The notes under the pieces were generated by a model that was not told the origin of the DNA, did not search any database, and was given only the letters and a program-made list of their open reading frames with translations. Below are positions 20,503-33,920 of a DNA stretch of 64,000 bases, piece after piece (position 1 is the first letter of the stretch; each line of letters opens with the position of its first letter). The position numbers were made by a program, and so were the translations under genes. Location of the stretch: assembly GCA_964036045.1 (NCBI GenBank), contig OZ038379.1:71486001-71550000 (forward strand), given 5' to 3'. This stretch comes from Eutreptiella sp. 'Long Island Sound 2002' (lineage: Eukaryota; Protista; Euglenida).

Positions 20503-23500
20503 TAAGGGAGTGTTTAACATGACTTGACCTTCGACGCGCAATCGGTGATCTTGGAGCTTCTATGTGTTTTGTAGGTTTATTACCAAAATCTGCAGCAACA
20601 ATTCTCGGCATGTTACGCGCCACTACAGTTGCAAAAATCCACCGAGATGCAATCGACAGGGGCAACCCCTTCGTCCATGTGGTCAATCCGCCACCCAAGA
20701 ACAACTCTGCAGGTGAGAAGAAGGTTTGTTGCGATGCTCGAGATCGATGTTACGCCGGAGCTGGCGGCGCCGTACGCACCCGCTTGCGGCAAAGCAAGGA
20801 ACACACGATCGCTCTTTGGCAATCCTTGCCGCACGGCGACCATGTGGTTTCGGAGTAAGGTTGCTTGTCCTCTGCGCGTTCTCATTTGAGCTGCACAGCA
20901 CACCCTCATAGATCAATTGGATGGGGTATGCTGGTGTCTTTGGCCCTGTAATTTTGGCACTCGCCAGTTCCCTCCATGTCTTGGCACTGCTTGTTATTTC
21001 CTCCCCATTCAGCCCAGATTGTGTTCTGTATCATCTCAGCAGCACATGATTGCTGAAGTTGAATTCTTTTCTCCTTGACCACCTGCATCGCTCTGGCAAA
21101 TCGTATACGTAATTGGTTCAGACTTTTGCTTATGGTGGGTGGCACTGGAGTCAAGGGGGTGGGAACGAGCTGGATTCAGCACCTGTGGGTGCCAGGTTTT
21201 GGGTTTCACGGCTATTCGCAATGGGGAGGGGGAAGGGCTCTGCATGGGTGAGCATCAGGCTCAGACCCCCCCCCCCCCTGCTTATATCAGTTGGGGGTTT
21301 TGGGTCATCATGATTTGCAGACTTCTGTCTGCCGTTTGCTCTCAAACAGAGGTGCTTCGCTGGTTGGGTAACTCATTCCCTGTGCATGTATGCCGACACC
21401 ATGCAAAAACAGTTTTGTGGCTATGGGGCGGTGATTGGTGGTCTTGACAAAGCCAAGCAGGCAGCCAGCCTCCAGGATTCGACGGTGCATCCACGCACAG
21501 TGTTTGTGAAGGGCTGTCATTTCCCTGCTTTTCATAGGTTGGCCAGTTACACAGTGATTGAAGAAAAGCATATTGATTTGCCTCCTGAACCTAAACCTGA
21601 GCCCCTTGCTGAGATGAAGAAGGACGATGAACCCATGGCAGAGGACGGCGAGGAAACCAAAGAGGACAGGCTAGCAGAAGAGGCTGCTGCTGAGGAAGAG
21701 GCTGCCCCTGCCACCGAGGAAGAGGCTGTTGCTGAAGAGGCTGCTGCTGAGGAGGCTCCAGCCGCAGAACCCGACACGGAGATGACGGACGCTGCGGCTG
21801 AAAATGGGGAGGCTGAGGCGTAAAAGGAAGTCTATTTGGTTCTTGCAGTCGTGGCCATCATGGCACATGAACTATGAAATTGGATCTGATTTATCAATGG
21901 CCAGGACAGTCGTTGTGGGATTCAAATGTGAATGTGTGCTTTGTACGTTTTCATTAAAATCTGCCCAATGCAAATTGCCTGCTGCTCTGTAGTTTAGATC
22001 CTGTGTTATGTGGGCTTTTGCAATCCAGGGTGTGTATTTGGTTCTTGCAGTCGTGGCCATCATGGCACATGAACTATGAAATTGGATCTGATTTATCAAT
22101 GGCCAGGACATTCGTTGTGGGATTCAAATGTGAATGTGTGCTTTGTACGTTTTCATTAAAATCTGCCCAATGCAAATTGCCTGCTGCTCTGTAGTTTAGA
22201 TCCTGTGTTATGTGGGCTTTTGCAATCCAGGGTGTGGAGTGCCCGCAGTTGATGGATGTTTGAGCGATGCACAAGTGCAACATGGATTTCATGTACATCA
22301 TGGGCTGCAGCACCCTGAAGGGTAGGTCAGACCTGGGGTTGACCTGGGTGTCTGGAGTTGCCCGGCTTTGCCCGCCACCCTGAAGCTGTCCTGACGGCCT
22401 GTATGGGTAGATTCCCCACTCTGTGGGATGGACAGTGGATGGAATGGCCAGCGCTCCTCCAGCCCCGGCTACTCAGGGCTATTTACCTTGATAGGTGCAG
22501 AGCAGGGAGTGACGCGCTGAAATTCTATGTTCCCCTCACACTTGCAATCAAACAAAACCAGAAAAAATAGCATGCAAAAACAGCAAGCCACACACAAACT
22601 ATGACATGCAAACCCATTGGACTGGCGCAAAATACTGAAACTGACTACTTATTTACAACACCACCTCAGTGAAGGCATCGAAATAGATTAAGATTCACAC
22701 CACTACTCAAAGGGAGGGAGGGCTCGCTTATGTCGTTACTCCATTGCCTGAGATTGCATTTGTGAGGTGAGATACGCTCTTTCCAGTGATACTGCACTGC
22801 TGCCAAATTGAGAGCTCTTGCACTAGATGTCCGGGCCCTTGGTCCAATCTCAATTGAAGTCGCAGTTGGTGGTTTGAGATATGGGCTCTGTTAAACACAT
22901 TCATGTTGCAGCAAAAGTGGGTCTGGATGTCCGGTCCTTTGGTCCAATTTCAATTCAAGTGCAAGTTGGTGGTTTGAGATATGGGCCCTGTTCAACGCAT
23001 TCATGCTGCAGCAGAAGGGTGTGTGGCTGCACAATCCTGGCCACCATGGTTTTCATTGAAATGTTTCTCTTTGTCAGTGAATCTGCCATTCCATCATTTT
23101 GGTTAAACGAATGCAATTTCGTGATGTATTCTTATGTTTTGAAGGTTCAGTAGGGACATTCATGCTCACTGAATTGATGTCGGATTTGATTTTCTGTTGT
23201 TGCTGTCGGTGGTCAGTCTGTGTATGCAGACAATGGTTTTGCAATATGCAAGATGGTCTGTTGCGTGGAAAACAGCAGCACCATGAAAAAAAAAGGCTGT
23301 CCCAAGCACATGCGATGTTGGACCCCAAAGAGAGCAAATTTGAAAAATCATCTTCATTAGTCGTTTTAACAGTGACCATTGCTTTTTTTTTTTGGTGAAG
23401 CAGCACAAGGTCAAAGGGTTATAGATCACCAACGTTCCACATCACGAACCATTATAGCCACTGGCATGCGGTCTCTTGAAAACGACACTTGGCTGGGGGT

Positions 23501-24683
23501 AGGTTGAGGAATGCAAAATGGAGGTTGGTGTAGGACATTCGGAATACAACAGAGCGATTACGTGGCTACGTACTGCGTACTACGTACTGCGGCCTTGGAT
23601 GGTCGAGTGTGGCTTCGGCCCAACTCCGATTTCCATGGGCAGCCCAGCCTGGAAATCGGTGATCCTTCCGCCAAGGTGGGTTGTCATGTGCCCTTTGATC
23701 GGGGCTGCCCTTCGTGGGTAAGAGCCGAACCGCTAGGAGGGTTGGGAAATCACGTGGAAGTTACCTCCGCCTTTTGGTGGTAGGGGTGAACACGAGATGG
23801 AAACCTCCTGTAAGTCGGGCATGACGCGCAACTTCCAATTGCCAGTTTGTAAGGTAAAATGACCAGTTTGCAATCCATTCACCAGTTGTGGGTCCAGTTG
23901 GCCCAATTTTCAAAATAGACAAAAAAACAATACAAAAGCCTTGTCTTTTTGTTTGCAAAATGTCCGTGACCCCGTCCGTGACCCCGGGCCGCCTCCACAC
24001 GCAAAGGTCAGCACCACGCAGGATGTCGAAATAAGGAACATTACACCACATCTGCAACCATCTCCATTACTGTGCCTGATTGCCAGTGCGCTTATTCTCG
24101 GTGGAATCATTGGATGCTGTGCCGATCGTCTCACCCTCTGTGCGATGTAACCACATCACCTGGTGGACGGCATGCTACCCCAAGGCACCAGGCCTGGATT
24201 CTCCATTCCCCTCTTTGCGTTTGGTGGAATGCTGTGTGCCATTGCAGCTTTGCTTGGGATTTCTTTGGGGACAGGATGGATGGTCGGGCCCCACATGTGT
24301 TTGTGGAATGATCCTGTCTCTGACGAATGCATTCAAGACTTCCCTTGGACCCTTTCTCTCCATAGGCGGTGGTGCCCATCAGCTTCTCACCACCCTTTGA
24401 CCTTCCTCTTCCTCCTTGCCCTAACCTTCCCTCTCCCCTCCCCTTTCCCTTCCCTTGGCCTTTCCCTCTGTAGGCCACCGTGCCCATCGGCCTCACCACA
24501 CTCCAATGTGCTATGCATACAAGGCTATGTACGCCCCAAATACAACCAATCACTAAACATCATTCCGAGCAAAAAAACTCTAGTGCACATCCAATGTACT
24601 ATGCATACAAGGCCACACTGAACAGTCTGGTTCTTGCCATTATTGTTTCGATTTCTTCTTTTTCAAGGTTGATTTGTTGCGCC

Positions 24684-27600
24684 ATGTTGCCTGCATTATC
24701 CAACCATGACGCGGAAAGAGTGCATGCTTTCGTGCAACAGAATATGCAGTATTATCCTATCTTCAACCGTTGGATGGATGCAACTCAAAAGCGGATTACG
24801 GGTCGTCTTTTCTTTTGGCAAGCAGAAGACCACTATGCTTGGAGGGATCTTATGTCAGCAATGATGCAATCGGGGGCACTTACGGCCGTGCATGAAGCTT
24901 CCTCGCCGTCAATATCATCCATTCCTCTATCTGTACAAACTTCAAACGTTCAACCTGGCCCATTGCCGTCACCGCTTGTGGCAACAAGCTGTACCCCATC
25001 CACTCCAAATGTACAATTTGAGGGGCGAATCCCAACGCCCGGGTCATTGTCCCTCACCATGCCTCTAGGTTCCAGTGCCGTTGCGTCTCCGGGTGTCAAT
25101 CGCATGGCGGTCAATTACACACCAACAGCTTTACTATCCCAAGCTCAGCCATACTTCCCTCCATATCTTGCAATGCCCCCACGAAACGTTCCCAACCATC
25201 CTTGGATTGATCCATCTTCCTACCAAAGCTTTGCGAGGACTCCGCCCCTTTGCTCAGGCCAATTAGGGTTGAACCCACATATGGTCCCCACCTTTGGCCA
25301 GCCGGCTAGCAGTGCATCACGTGCACTCGAATCTCCAAATGTGATCGCACAACCCATTCTTGCGGACACGCATGGCGTAGAGGCCAGAAAAAAGCGACAA
25401 CGAGAACCACATTTGGACCCAAATGCAGTGGAAAGCAATGACTGTCACGCCGAAAAACGAGCACGATGCACGCAAAGCAAGGAAGAAATCCATAAGCAAA
25501 GACGCGAACGATATCAAGAGGTCAAGGACGAAGTCAATAAGCAAAGACGAGAACGATATAAACAGCTGTACGCGCAAAAGAAGGACAGCATCAATGCGCG
25601 AAGACGGGAGCGATATCAAGAGGCAAACAAGGACAACATCAATGAGCAAAGACGGCAGCGATATCAAGAGGCGGACAAGGACACCATCAATGAGCAAAGA
25701 CGGGAGCGATATCAAGAGGCGGACAAGGACAGCATCAATGAGCAAAGACGGGAGCGATATCAAGAGGCGGACAAGGACATTATCAATGAGCAAAGACGGG
25801 AGCGATATCAAGAGGCAGACAAGGACAGCATCAATGAGCAAAGACGGGAGCGATATCAAGAGGCAGACAAGGACAACATCAATGACCAAAGACGGGAGCG
25901 ATATCAAGAGGCGGACAAGGACAACATCAATGAGGAAAGACGGCAGCGATATCAAGAGGCAGACAAGGAAAACATCAATGAGCAAAGGCGAGCGCGGAGG
26001 GCTCATGCATTGGAAATGCAAAGGTTGCGCCACGAATGCTTGTTTAGATCAAAGGCCGATGAGGATATTACCCACATCAAGCGCCACATCCTTGACAACA
26101 TGGAAGTGGAGTGTGAACATTGTCACGCTTTACGTTGGAGTGCCGAGCGACCTACCATTTGTTGCCGTGGCGGACAAGTGAAACTTCCCATTCTGCTTGA
26201 TCCACCGGAACCGCTCAAAACCCTATTGACCGAGCAAACTGGACAGGGACGCCATTTTCGGCAAAACATTCGGAAGTACAACTCAGCCTTCACCATGGCC
26301 TCTCTTGAAGCAAATATCGACATGCGGTTCACGAAAGGGCCAATGGCGGGTGGCCCTCACCAGTTTCGGGTGTCTGGAAATGTGTATCACCGCATGGGTC
26401 CCCTGACGCCGGGAGAAAATCAACCACCCCGGTTTGCACAGGTGTACATTTTGGAAACCGAAGATCAACTGAAGGCATGGCAAGGACTTCCACTGTCATC
26501 GGAATTGAGAGAGGATCTACTCCGCCAACTGGGAGCTATGCTGAACACACACAACGCCTATGTACAGGTTTTTCAACACGCGGCTAAACTTGAGGTCCCC
26601 AACGTGACCATCTTGCTGCGGTGCAATGCCAACGTTGACCCACGCATCTACAATGTTCCCCGTGTCAGCGACATTGCAGCATTCATTCCGGATGGCAGTC
26701 ATGTTGCCGCTCCTCGTAGCATTGCGGTCCGCATGCATGGGGGTGGGGTCAAGCGTATCACCGACCTGAACTCTGCCTACGATCCTTTACACTTTGTACT
26801 CCTTTTTCCGCGCGGTGAGCAAGGCTGGACAACTGACATTCCCCTGAATGTCACTTATCGGCGTCAGCGCGGCGCATGCGAAAATCTAGAGCAAGGCAAT
26901 GCCCCAAAGGCCAAAAGCCGTCAGACGGTTACAGCCCGAGACTTTGCCGCCTTCTACCTCATGCAACGTCCGGAATCGTACACTGGAAATTATTTGCAAA
27001 GATGTCAAAAATTGTACGAAGAATACATCGTGGACCAGTACTGCAAAGTGGAATCTCAACGCTTGCAATATGTCTCCCAGAACCAGTCCAAATTGCGCAC
27101 ACATTTGTATTCGGGTGTTGAAGATGCCAGCAAAAAAGGTGATCGCGACGCTTCATCCGTTGGAAAGCGGGTAATTTTGCCAAGCTCTTTTGGCGGGAGT
27201 CCGCGCGCTCTTCATGCCGCTTTTCAGGATGGGATTGCTATTTGTAGCAAACGGGGCAAGGCAGACCTGTTCATTACCATGACAGCCAATCCCAATTGGC
27301 CGGAGGTGGAGGCCGCTCTACTGCCAGGACAAAAACCAAATGATCGTCCCGATTTGATTACCCGCGTTTTCAAGCTGAAGCTGCAGTCTTTGTTAGAAGA
27401 CCTTCTGAAGGATGGCTGTCTTGGTCGCACAATCGGCCACATGTATGTCATCGAATTTCAAAAACGTGGGCTACCACATGCACATATCCTGGTTATCTTT
27501 GCCGCCGGCTACAAATTGCTCACACCTGACGATTATGATTCCGTCATCTGTGCTGAGATTCCAGACGAGGATGAGGACCCGGAGCTGTACGAGATTATTG

Positions 27601-30248
27601 CAAAATGCTACATGCACGGTCCATGTGGTTCCCTCGACCCGAACTGTGCATGCATGAAGGATGGACATTGTAAGAATCGGTACCCGAAGGAATTTCAAGA
27701 TGTGACCACGAACAGCGAGAATGGATATCCTCTTTATCGCCGTCGCAACAACGGCCGCACTATAACATGCAGGGGGCATGACCTTGATAATCGTTGGGTG
27801 GTTCCACATGTGCGTGCGTTGGCCAGAAAATATGCTTGCCACATCAACGTGGAGTACTGTGCCTCACTTGCGGCTATCAAATACTTGCACGAGTATATTT
27901 ACAAGGGGTTTGACCGGGGCGACGCCACCCTACGAGACGATCAAGTCAATGAAGTTGTGGAGTTCGTGGAGGGCCGGTACATTTGCACATCTGAAGGAGT
28001 GTGGAGACTATTGGCATTTGACTTACATGAGCAATTTCCCGCGGTATTGCGGCTACCAGTTCACTTAGAAAACCAGCAGCACGTTCGATGGCACGACCAA
28101 CAACATCTTACTGACATCGTTGGAGATGGACCCCCCGACACGCCACTGACCGCTTGGTTGAAGTCCAACGCCAAACCGGATCATGCTTTCGGTAAGCACT
28201 TGCTGTACACCGACTATGCCGAGCGGTTCACGTATGATGCAAAGACCAAAGAATGGAAAATTCGGAAGAGAGGACTGAACACGGTAATTGGTCGCATGTA
28301 CTTTGTGCTCCCGAATGCGGGCGAAGTATACTTTCTCCGACTATTGTTACACCATGTTGCTGGTGCAACCTCTTTCCAAGATTTGCGTACCGTTAACGGC
28401 AACCTATGTGCCACTTTTCAAGAAGCATGCGTATGTCGCGGCCTTCTAGAAGATGACACCGAGTGGGAACAATGCCTGAACGAGGCAAAAATGTACTACA
28501 AATCCGGCCGACTACGACTTCTTTTTTGCACCATCTTGGAGTACAACTCCCCAAAAGATCCCTACAAGCTGTGGTTAAAGTACGAGGAAGAGTTCATCAG
28601 CGACATTCGTTGGAATTGGCAACGTACACATCCTGGCACAAAAAACGAGCCAACGCATGCCGAGATTGTGAATGAAGCCCTATTGCGGGTCGAGAGCATG
28701 CTACAAAAGCAAGGACTTTCTCTTCGCTCGTTTCCTTCTATGCCGTTTCCGGTGCCCAGTGCAATGTCCGATAAGCCTGGCGGTCAGGACGAAGGGTATG
28801 ATGTTGCACACTTGCGACGTGTCGTTGAGGATGGTGTGCCAACCTTGACAGAGCAGCAACGCAACATCTACGACCAGGTCACTGCGAGTACACATTTGGA
28901 CAACAACGACGCAAAGTGCTTCTTTATTTTGAGTTGCGGTGGTTGCGGAAAGACTTACGTGAACAATTTGATGTTGGCCTATGTACGTAGTCAGGGACGA
29001 CGGGCGATTGCGGTTGCCTCAAGTGGCATCGCTTCTCTTCTTTTGGATGATGGTTCAACTGCGCACTCAGCTTTTGGTATTTCGCCGCAAAAGGGCGGAA
29101 CATCATCCATTCCTGTGGAGAGCAAACGTGCCGCGGAACTTCATGAGTGCCAACTCATTGTGTGGGATGAGGCTCCCATGGCAGACAACGATTGCTTCCG
29201 TGTATTGGATGAATTGCTCAAAGATATCATGGGTGCCAATGATGAAGCAGTGCGACTTGTTCCCTTCGGGGGCAAGACCGTCGTCATGACGGGGGATTGG
29301 AGGCAAATTTTGCCTGTTGTACCTCGTGGCTCTCGAGCGGCCGTGATAGCAGCTACCCTCAAGAAATCCTACCTCTGGCCCTATTTCAAAACACTCGAAT
29401 TGACGACCAATATTCGGGTGCGAGGCACTTCTCAAGTTGACAATGACGAGACCCGTGACTTTGCACGCTGGTTGCTATCCGTTGGGGAAGACACCATCGA
29501 CAATCCGTTGCCCATACCAGAAGACATGTTGATCCCAAGCGATGACCCCTGGCCACTGGTAAACCACGTCTTTCCAACCATGAGCAAGGAGGAATTTATG
29601 TCTGGTTGTATCCTGGCACCCCGAAATCAAGAAACCAATGCTATCAACGAAGCGGCGCTGCAGAGCTTGCCTGGAGAGGAGTTTCTTTATGTTAGTGCGG
29701 ACTATTTTGGTGCCGATTGCCAAGAAGATGCAGCTACCTATCCTCCGGAACTCTTGAACAAGCTTGAGCCTCCGGGCATGGCACGTCACGAGCTCAAGCT
29801 TAAGGTGGGGGCCCCTATCATTCTACTGCGCAATCTCAACCGTACGGAGGGCTTGATGAATGGAACACGCTTGTTGGTAACAAAGTGCCTGGATTTCAAC
29901 ATCCAAGCAGAAATTGTCTCAGGTCCCCGAAAAGGCAACGTTGTGCTCATTCCACGCATCAATTTGACGTGTGGTGATTCTGAAATGTTGTCGATCAGAT
30001 TTATTAGGCGACAATTTCCAATAAAGTTGGCTTTCGCCTTGACGATTAATCGTTCCCAAGGGCAGTCGTTTGAAAGGTTGGGGTTGCTCTTGGAGAATCC
30101 TGTTTTTGCCCATGGACAGCTATATGTTGGCTTTTCCCGGGTTACCTCACGCCGTGGCGTTCGCGTCATTTTAGGGGAACGTGCTTGGGGGGATGTAACT
30201 AAGGAAGCAAACACTCCGAACATTGTATGGTCTGAAATTTTTTCTTGA
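24684..30248 (+). CDS. Helitron RepHel transposase, U2 copy, 1854 aa
   Basis: The ORF-track translation appears identical to U1. Confidence 0.97.
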   Translation: MLPALSNHDAERVHAFVQQNMQYYPIFNRWMDATQKRITGRLFFWQAEDHYAWRDLMSAMMQSGALTAVHEASSPSISSIPLSVQTSNVQPGPLPSPLVATSCTPSTPNVQFEGRIPTPGSLSLTMPLGSSAVASPGVNRMAVNYTPTALLSQAQPYFPPYLAMPPRNVPNHPWIDPSSYQSFARTPPLCSGQLGLNPHMVPTFGQPASSASRALESPNVIAQPILADTHGVEARKKRQREPHLDPNAVESNDCHAEKRARCTQSKEEIHKQRRERYQEVKDEVNKQRRERYKQLYAQKKDSINARRRERYQEANKDNINEQRRQRYQEADKDTINEQRRERYQEADKDSINEQRRERYQEADKDIINEQRRERYQEADKDSINEQRRERYQEADKDNINDQRRERYQEADKDNINEERRQRYQEADKENINEQRRARRAHALEMQRLRHECLFRSKADEDITHIKRHILDNMEVECEHCHALRWSAERPTICCRGGQVKLPILLDPPEPLKTLLTEQTGQGRHFRQNIRKYNSAFTMASLEANIDMRFTKGPMAGGPHQFRVSGNVYHRMGPLTPGENQPPRFAQVYILETEDQLKAWQGLPLSSELREDLLRQLGAMLNTHNAYVQVFQHAAKLEVPNVTILLRCNANVDPRIYNVPRVSDIAAFIPDGSHVAAPRSIAVRMHGGGVKRITDLNSAYDPLHFVLLFPRGEQGWTTDIPLNVTYRRQRGACENLEQGNAPKAKSRQTVTARDFAAFYLMQRPESYTGNYLQRCQKLYEEYIVDQYCKVESQRLQYVSQNQSKLRTHLYSGVEDASKKGDRDASSVGKRVILPSSFGGSPRALHAAFQDGIAICSKRGKADLFITMTANPNWPEVEAALLPGQKPNDRPDLITRVFKLKLQSLLEDLLKDGCLGRTIGHMYVIEFQKRGLPHAHILVIFAAGYKLLTPDDYDSVICAEIPDEDEDPELYEIIAKCYMHGPCGSLDPNCACMKDGHCKNRYPKEFQDVTTNSENGYPLYRRRNNGRTITCRGHDLDNRWVVPHVRALARKYACHINVEYCASLAAIKYLHEYIYKGFDRGDATLRDDQVNEVVEFVEGRYICTSEGVWRLLAFDLHEQFPAVLRLPVHLENQQHVRWHDQQHLTDIVGDGPPDTPLTAWLKSNAKPDHAFGKHLLYTDYAERFTYDAKTKEWKIRKRGLNTVIGRMYFVLPNAGEVYFLRLLLHHVAGATSFQDLRTVNGNLCATFQEACVCRGLLEDDTEWEQCLNEAKMYYKSGRLRLLFCTILEYNSPKDPYKLWLKYEEEFISDIRWNWQRTHPGTKNEPTHAEIVNEALLRVESMLQKQGLSLRSFPSMPFPVPSAMSDKPGGQDEGYDVAHLRRVVEDGVPTLTEQQRNIYDQVTASTHLDNNDAKCFFILSCGGCGKTYVNNLMLAYVRSQGRRAIAVASSGIASLLLDDGSTAHSAFGISPQKGGTSSIPVESKRAAELHECQLIVWDEAPMADNDCFRVLDELLKDIMGANDEAVRLVPFGGKTVVMTGDWRQILPVVPRGSRAAVIAATLKKSYLWPYFKTLELTTNIRVRGTSQVDNDETRDFARWLLSVGEDTIDNPLPIPEDMLIPSDDPWPLVNHVFPTMSKEEFMSGCILAPRNQETNAINEAALQSLPGEEFLYVSADYFGADCQEDAATYPPELLNKLEPPGMARHELKLKVGAPIILLRNLNRTEGLMNGTRLLVTKCLDFNIQAEIVSGPRKGNVVLIPRINLTCGDSEMLSIRFIRRQFPIKLAFALTINRSQGQSFERLGLLLENPVFAHGQLYVGFSRVTSRRGVRVILGERAWGDVTKEANTPNIVWSEIFS

Positions 30249-31142
30249 TTTCGGCCGTCGTCCGTTGCCTTGCTGGATGACGTGTGGCTCCACTCGACAC
30301 CGGCGTGTGTCTTGTTCACATTCCATTTACATCTGAAACCAACCGTTTTCTACATATATTTGAAACCAATCCTCACCTTGAGCCTTGCCCTAACCCTAAC
30401 TACAACTTTGGTGCTAAGTCAACCTCTATCCCTAACGGCGCAGCCGCTGACAATGTACATTATGCCGTACAAGCCGTGTTAGTGTAGGAACATGTGCTTG
30501 GGGCGACGCCAGCAAGTAGGCAAACGCTTTGAACCTTGTATGATGCGAGATTCAACTTTCATGTAGCTATTGTCTGTTGGCATTCTTGTTGGTGTGTGGG
30601 TGAACTTGCCTCCAAAGTGAATATTGTCAAGGGTCTATTTGCCTGAACATATGTTTGGTCCCATTGAATAGCAAAACAATTTTCAAACGCAATTATTTGC
30701 CACCTTGTGTCTGGTAAACACCTTCATTCCCTTCGGGTAAGGAAGTTGGTCATAATTCTTTTCAGGTTCTCCTAAAGAGCAATGGCTTGCTACTATAAGC
30801 CCGTCAATTTTCAAAGCCTCGACAACTTCCAAGTACAATTGAAGCAGGCGGCGTTACGTGGTGCCTTTAAACTGTCCTCCTCATTACTTTTTTTTTTTCA
30901 AAATTCGTTAGCTACAATGCTACAAACATGCAAACAGCGAATACTTTACCGCAAAAAGGATAATGCCCATTAGAAGTGTTTTGCGTCCACCTAATAGATG
31001 TTGCACTTTGCAACGTGGTAAAAATCCATTTGCAACACTCCATTCAACGAAAGGTACGGATTCCTCAAAGGGGCCAAATTCATGAGTATAGCTGCCCTGT
31101 TGTCGGTACGGCCCGCGCTTCAAGCGCGGGCATTTACACTAG

Positions 31143-33920
31143 TTATTATATTTAATTGTGCTATGGACGTCGTTCGTCGTCGTCGTCGTCGTCGTTCGTC
31201 ATACCCAAAAAATCCTCCCAATCGTGCACGCTGCTGCTGGCGCGCGCGCGTGCCTGTCAAATGGCATCTGGCGGATTCGCGATTTCGATTTCTGGCACGA
31301 CAAATCGATCTGAAATCATGGAATCACGTGTTTTAAAAATCTTTATGTACTGTGCAATCGATTATGAGCGGGTATCTGCACGAATCATCCCGCCTGTTGA
31401 CTTTTGGCGATTTTAGCCAACAGGCAGCAGTGGCGCTCTCGCTTATAGCGTACAGCAGTGGTGCTCTCGCTTATAGAGTACGGGATATGAGGTTTGGGAC
31501 ATGAGTCATGAGGTACGGGATACGAGGTACGGGATATGCGGTATGTTGTACACAGTGTGAGGCATGGGTGATGTGTTTGGAAATATGGAATATGCGAATC
31601 GCGGTGTCAAATGTGGTGTCAGAATACAGCTTAGGAGGGGTATATTTCACTCATAGAGTACGGGATATGATGTTTGATAGAGAACGTGATATGAGGTTTG
31701 AGACATGAGTCATGAGGTACGGGATACGAGGTACGGGATATGCAGTATGTTGTACACAGTGTGAGGTATGGGTGATGTGTTTGGAAATATGGATTATGCG
31801 AATTGCGGTGTCAAATGTGGTGTCACAGTACCGTTTAGGAGGGGTCAATTTCACTCATAGAGTACGGGATATGATGTTTGAGACATGAGTCATGTGGCAC
31901 GGGATATGAGGTACGGGACATGAGGTGTGTTGTATTGAGTATGTGAAATGCGGTGCAGTGTGAGATATAGTGCTATGGTGATATGGTGATATGGCTCGCG
32001 CTTCAAGCGCGGGCATTCGCACTAGTTATTATATTTAATTGTGCTATGGACGTCGTTCGTCGTCGTCGTCGTCGTCGTTCGTCTTCCCCAAAAAATCCGC
32101 CCAATTGTGCACGCTGCTGCTGGCGCGCACGCGTGCCCGTCAAATGGCATCTGGCGGATTTGCGATTTCGATTTCTGGCGCGAGAAATCGATCTGAAATC
32201 ATGGAATCGTGTGTTTTAAAAATCTGTATGTACTGTACAATCGATTATCCGGGTATCTGCACGAATAATCCCGCCTGTTGACTTTTGGCGATTTTAGCCA
32301 ACAGGCAGCAGTGGCGCTCTCGCTTATAGAGTACGGGATATGAGGTTTGCGACATGAGTCATGAGGTACGGGATACGAGGTACGGGATATGCGGTATGTT
32401 GTACACAGTGTGAGGCATGGGTGATGTGTTTGGAAATATGGAATATGCGAATTGCGGTGTCAAATGTGGTGTCAGAGTACAGTTTAGGAGGGGTATATTT
32501 CACTCATAGAGTACGGGATATGATGTTTGATAGAGTACGGGATATGAGGTTTGAGACATGAGTCATGAGGTACGGGATACGAGGTACGGGATCTGCGGTA
32601 TGTTGTACACAGTGTGAGGTATGGGTGATGTGTTTGGAAATATGGATTATGGGAATCGCGGTGTGAAATGTGGTGTCAGAGTACAGTTTAGGAGGGGTAA
32701 ATTTCACTCATAGAGTACGGGATATGATGTTTGAGTGAGGTACGGGATACGAGGTACGGGATATGCGGTATGTTGTACACAGTGTGAGGTATGGGTGATG
32801 TGTTTGGAAATATGGATTATGCGAATCGCGGTGTCAAATGTGCTGTCAGAGTACAGTTTAGGAGGGGTAAGTTTCACTCATAGAGTACGGGATATGATGT
32901 TTGAGACATGAGTCAGGTGGCACGGGATATGAGGTACGGGACATGAGGTGTGTTGCATTGGGTATGTGAAATGCGGTGCGGTGTGAGATATGGTGCTATG
33001 GTGATATGGTGATATGGCCCGCGCTTCAAGCGCGGGCATTTGCACCAGTTATTATATTTAATTGTGCTATGGTTCGTTCGTCATCGTCGTCGTTTGTCGT
33101 CGTCGTCGTTCGTCATACCCAAAAAATCCTCAAAAAATCCTCCCAATTGTGCACGCTGCTGCTGGCGCGCGCGCGTGCCCGTCAAATGGCATCTGGCGGA
33201 TTTGCGATTTCGATTTCTGGCACGAGAAATCGATCTGAAATCATTGAATCATGTGTTTTGAAAACCTGTATGTACTGCACAATCGATTATCCGGGTATGT
33301 GCACGAATCATCCCGCCTGTTGACTTTTGGCGATTTTAGCCAACAGGCAGCAGTGGCCCTCTCGCTTATAGAGTACGGGATATGAGGTTTGAGACATGAG
33401 TCATGAGGTACGGGATACGAGGTACGGGATATGCGGTATGTTGTACACAGTGTGAGGCATGGGTCATGTGTTTGGAAATATGGAATATGCGAATCGCGGT
33501 GTCAAATGTGGTGTCAGAGTACAGCTTATGAGGGGTATATTTCACTCATAGAGTACGGGATATGATGTTTGATAGAGTCCGGGATATGAGGTTTGAGACA
33601 TGAGTCATGAGGTACGGGATACGAGGTACGGGATATGCGGTATGTTGCACACAGTGTGAGGTATGGGTGATGTGTTTGGAAATATGGATTATGCGAATTG
33701 CGGTGTCAAATGTGGTGTCAGAGTACAGTTTAGGAGGGGTAGGTTTCACTCATAGAGTACGGGATATGATGTTTGAGACATGAGTCATGTGGCACGGGAT
33801 ATGAGGTACGGGACATGAGGTGTGTTGTATTGGGTACGTGAAATGCGGTGCAGTGTGAGATATGGTGCTATGGTGATACGATGATATGGCCCGCGCTTCA
33901 AGCGCGGGCATTCGCACTAG
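31143..33920 (+). mobile_element. Cluster B: three short non-autonomous Helitrons (31143-32025, 32026-33048, 33049-33920)
   Basis: Hairpin followed by CTAG at 32022-32025, CCAG at 33045-33048 and CTAG at 33917-33920; same internal subrepeats as cluster A. Confidence 0.92.

Larger units (their letters stand above)
17302..31142 (+). mobile_element. Long autonomous-type Helitron U2, near-identical tandem copy of U1
   Basis: Offset 13,840; CTAG|TC junction at 17301/17302; CTAG at 31139-31142. Differences noticed by eye: C>T at 20169 and one extra T at 30888-30898. Confidence 0.95.
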
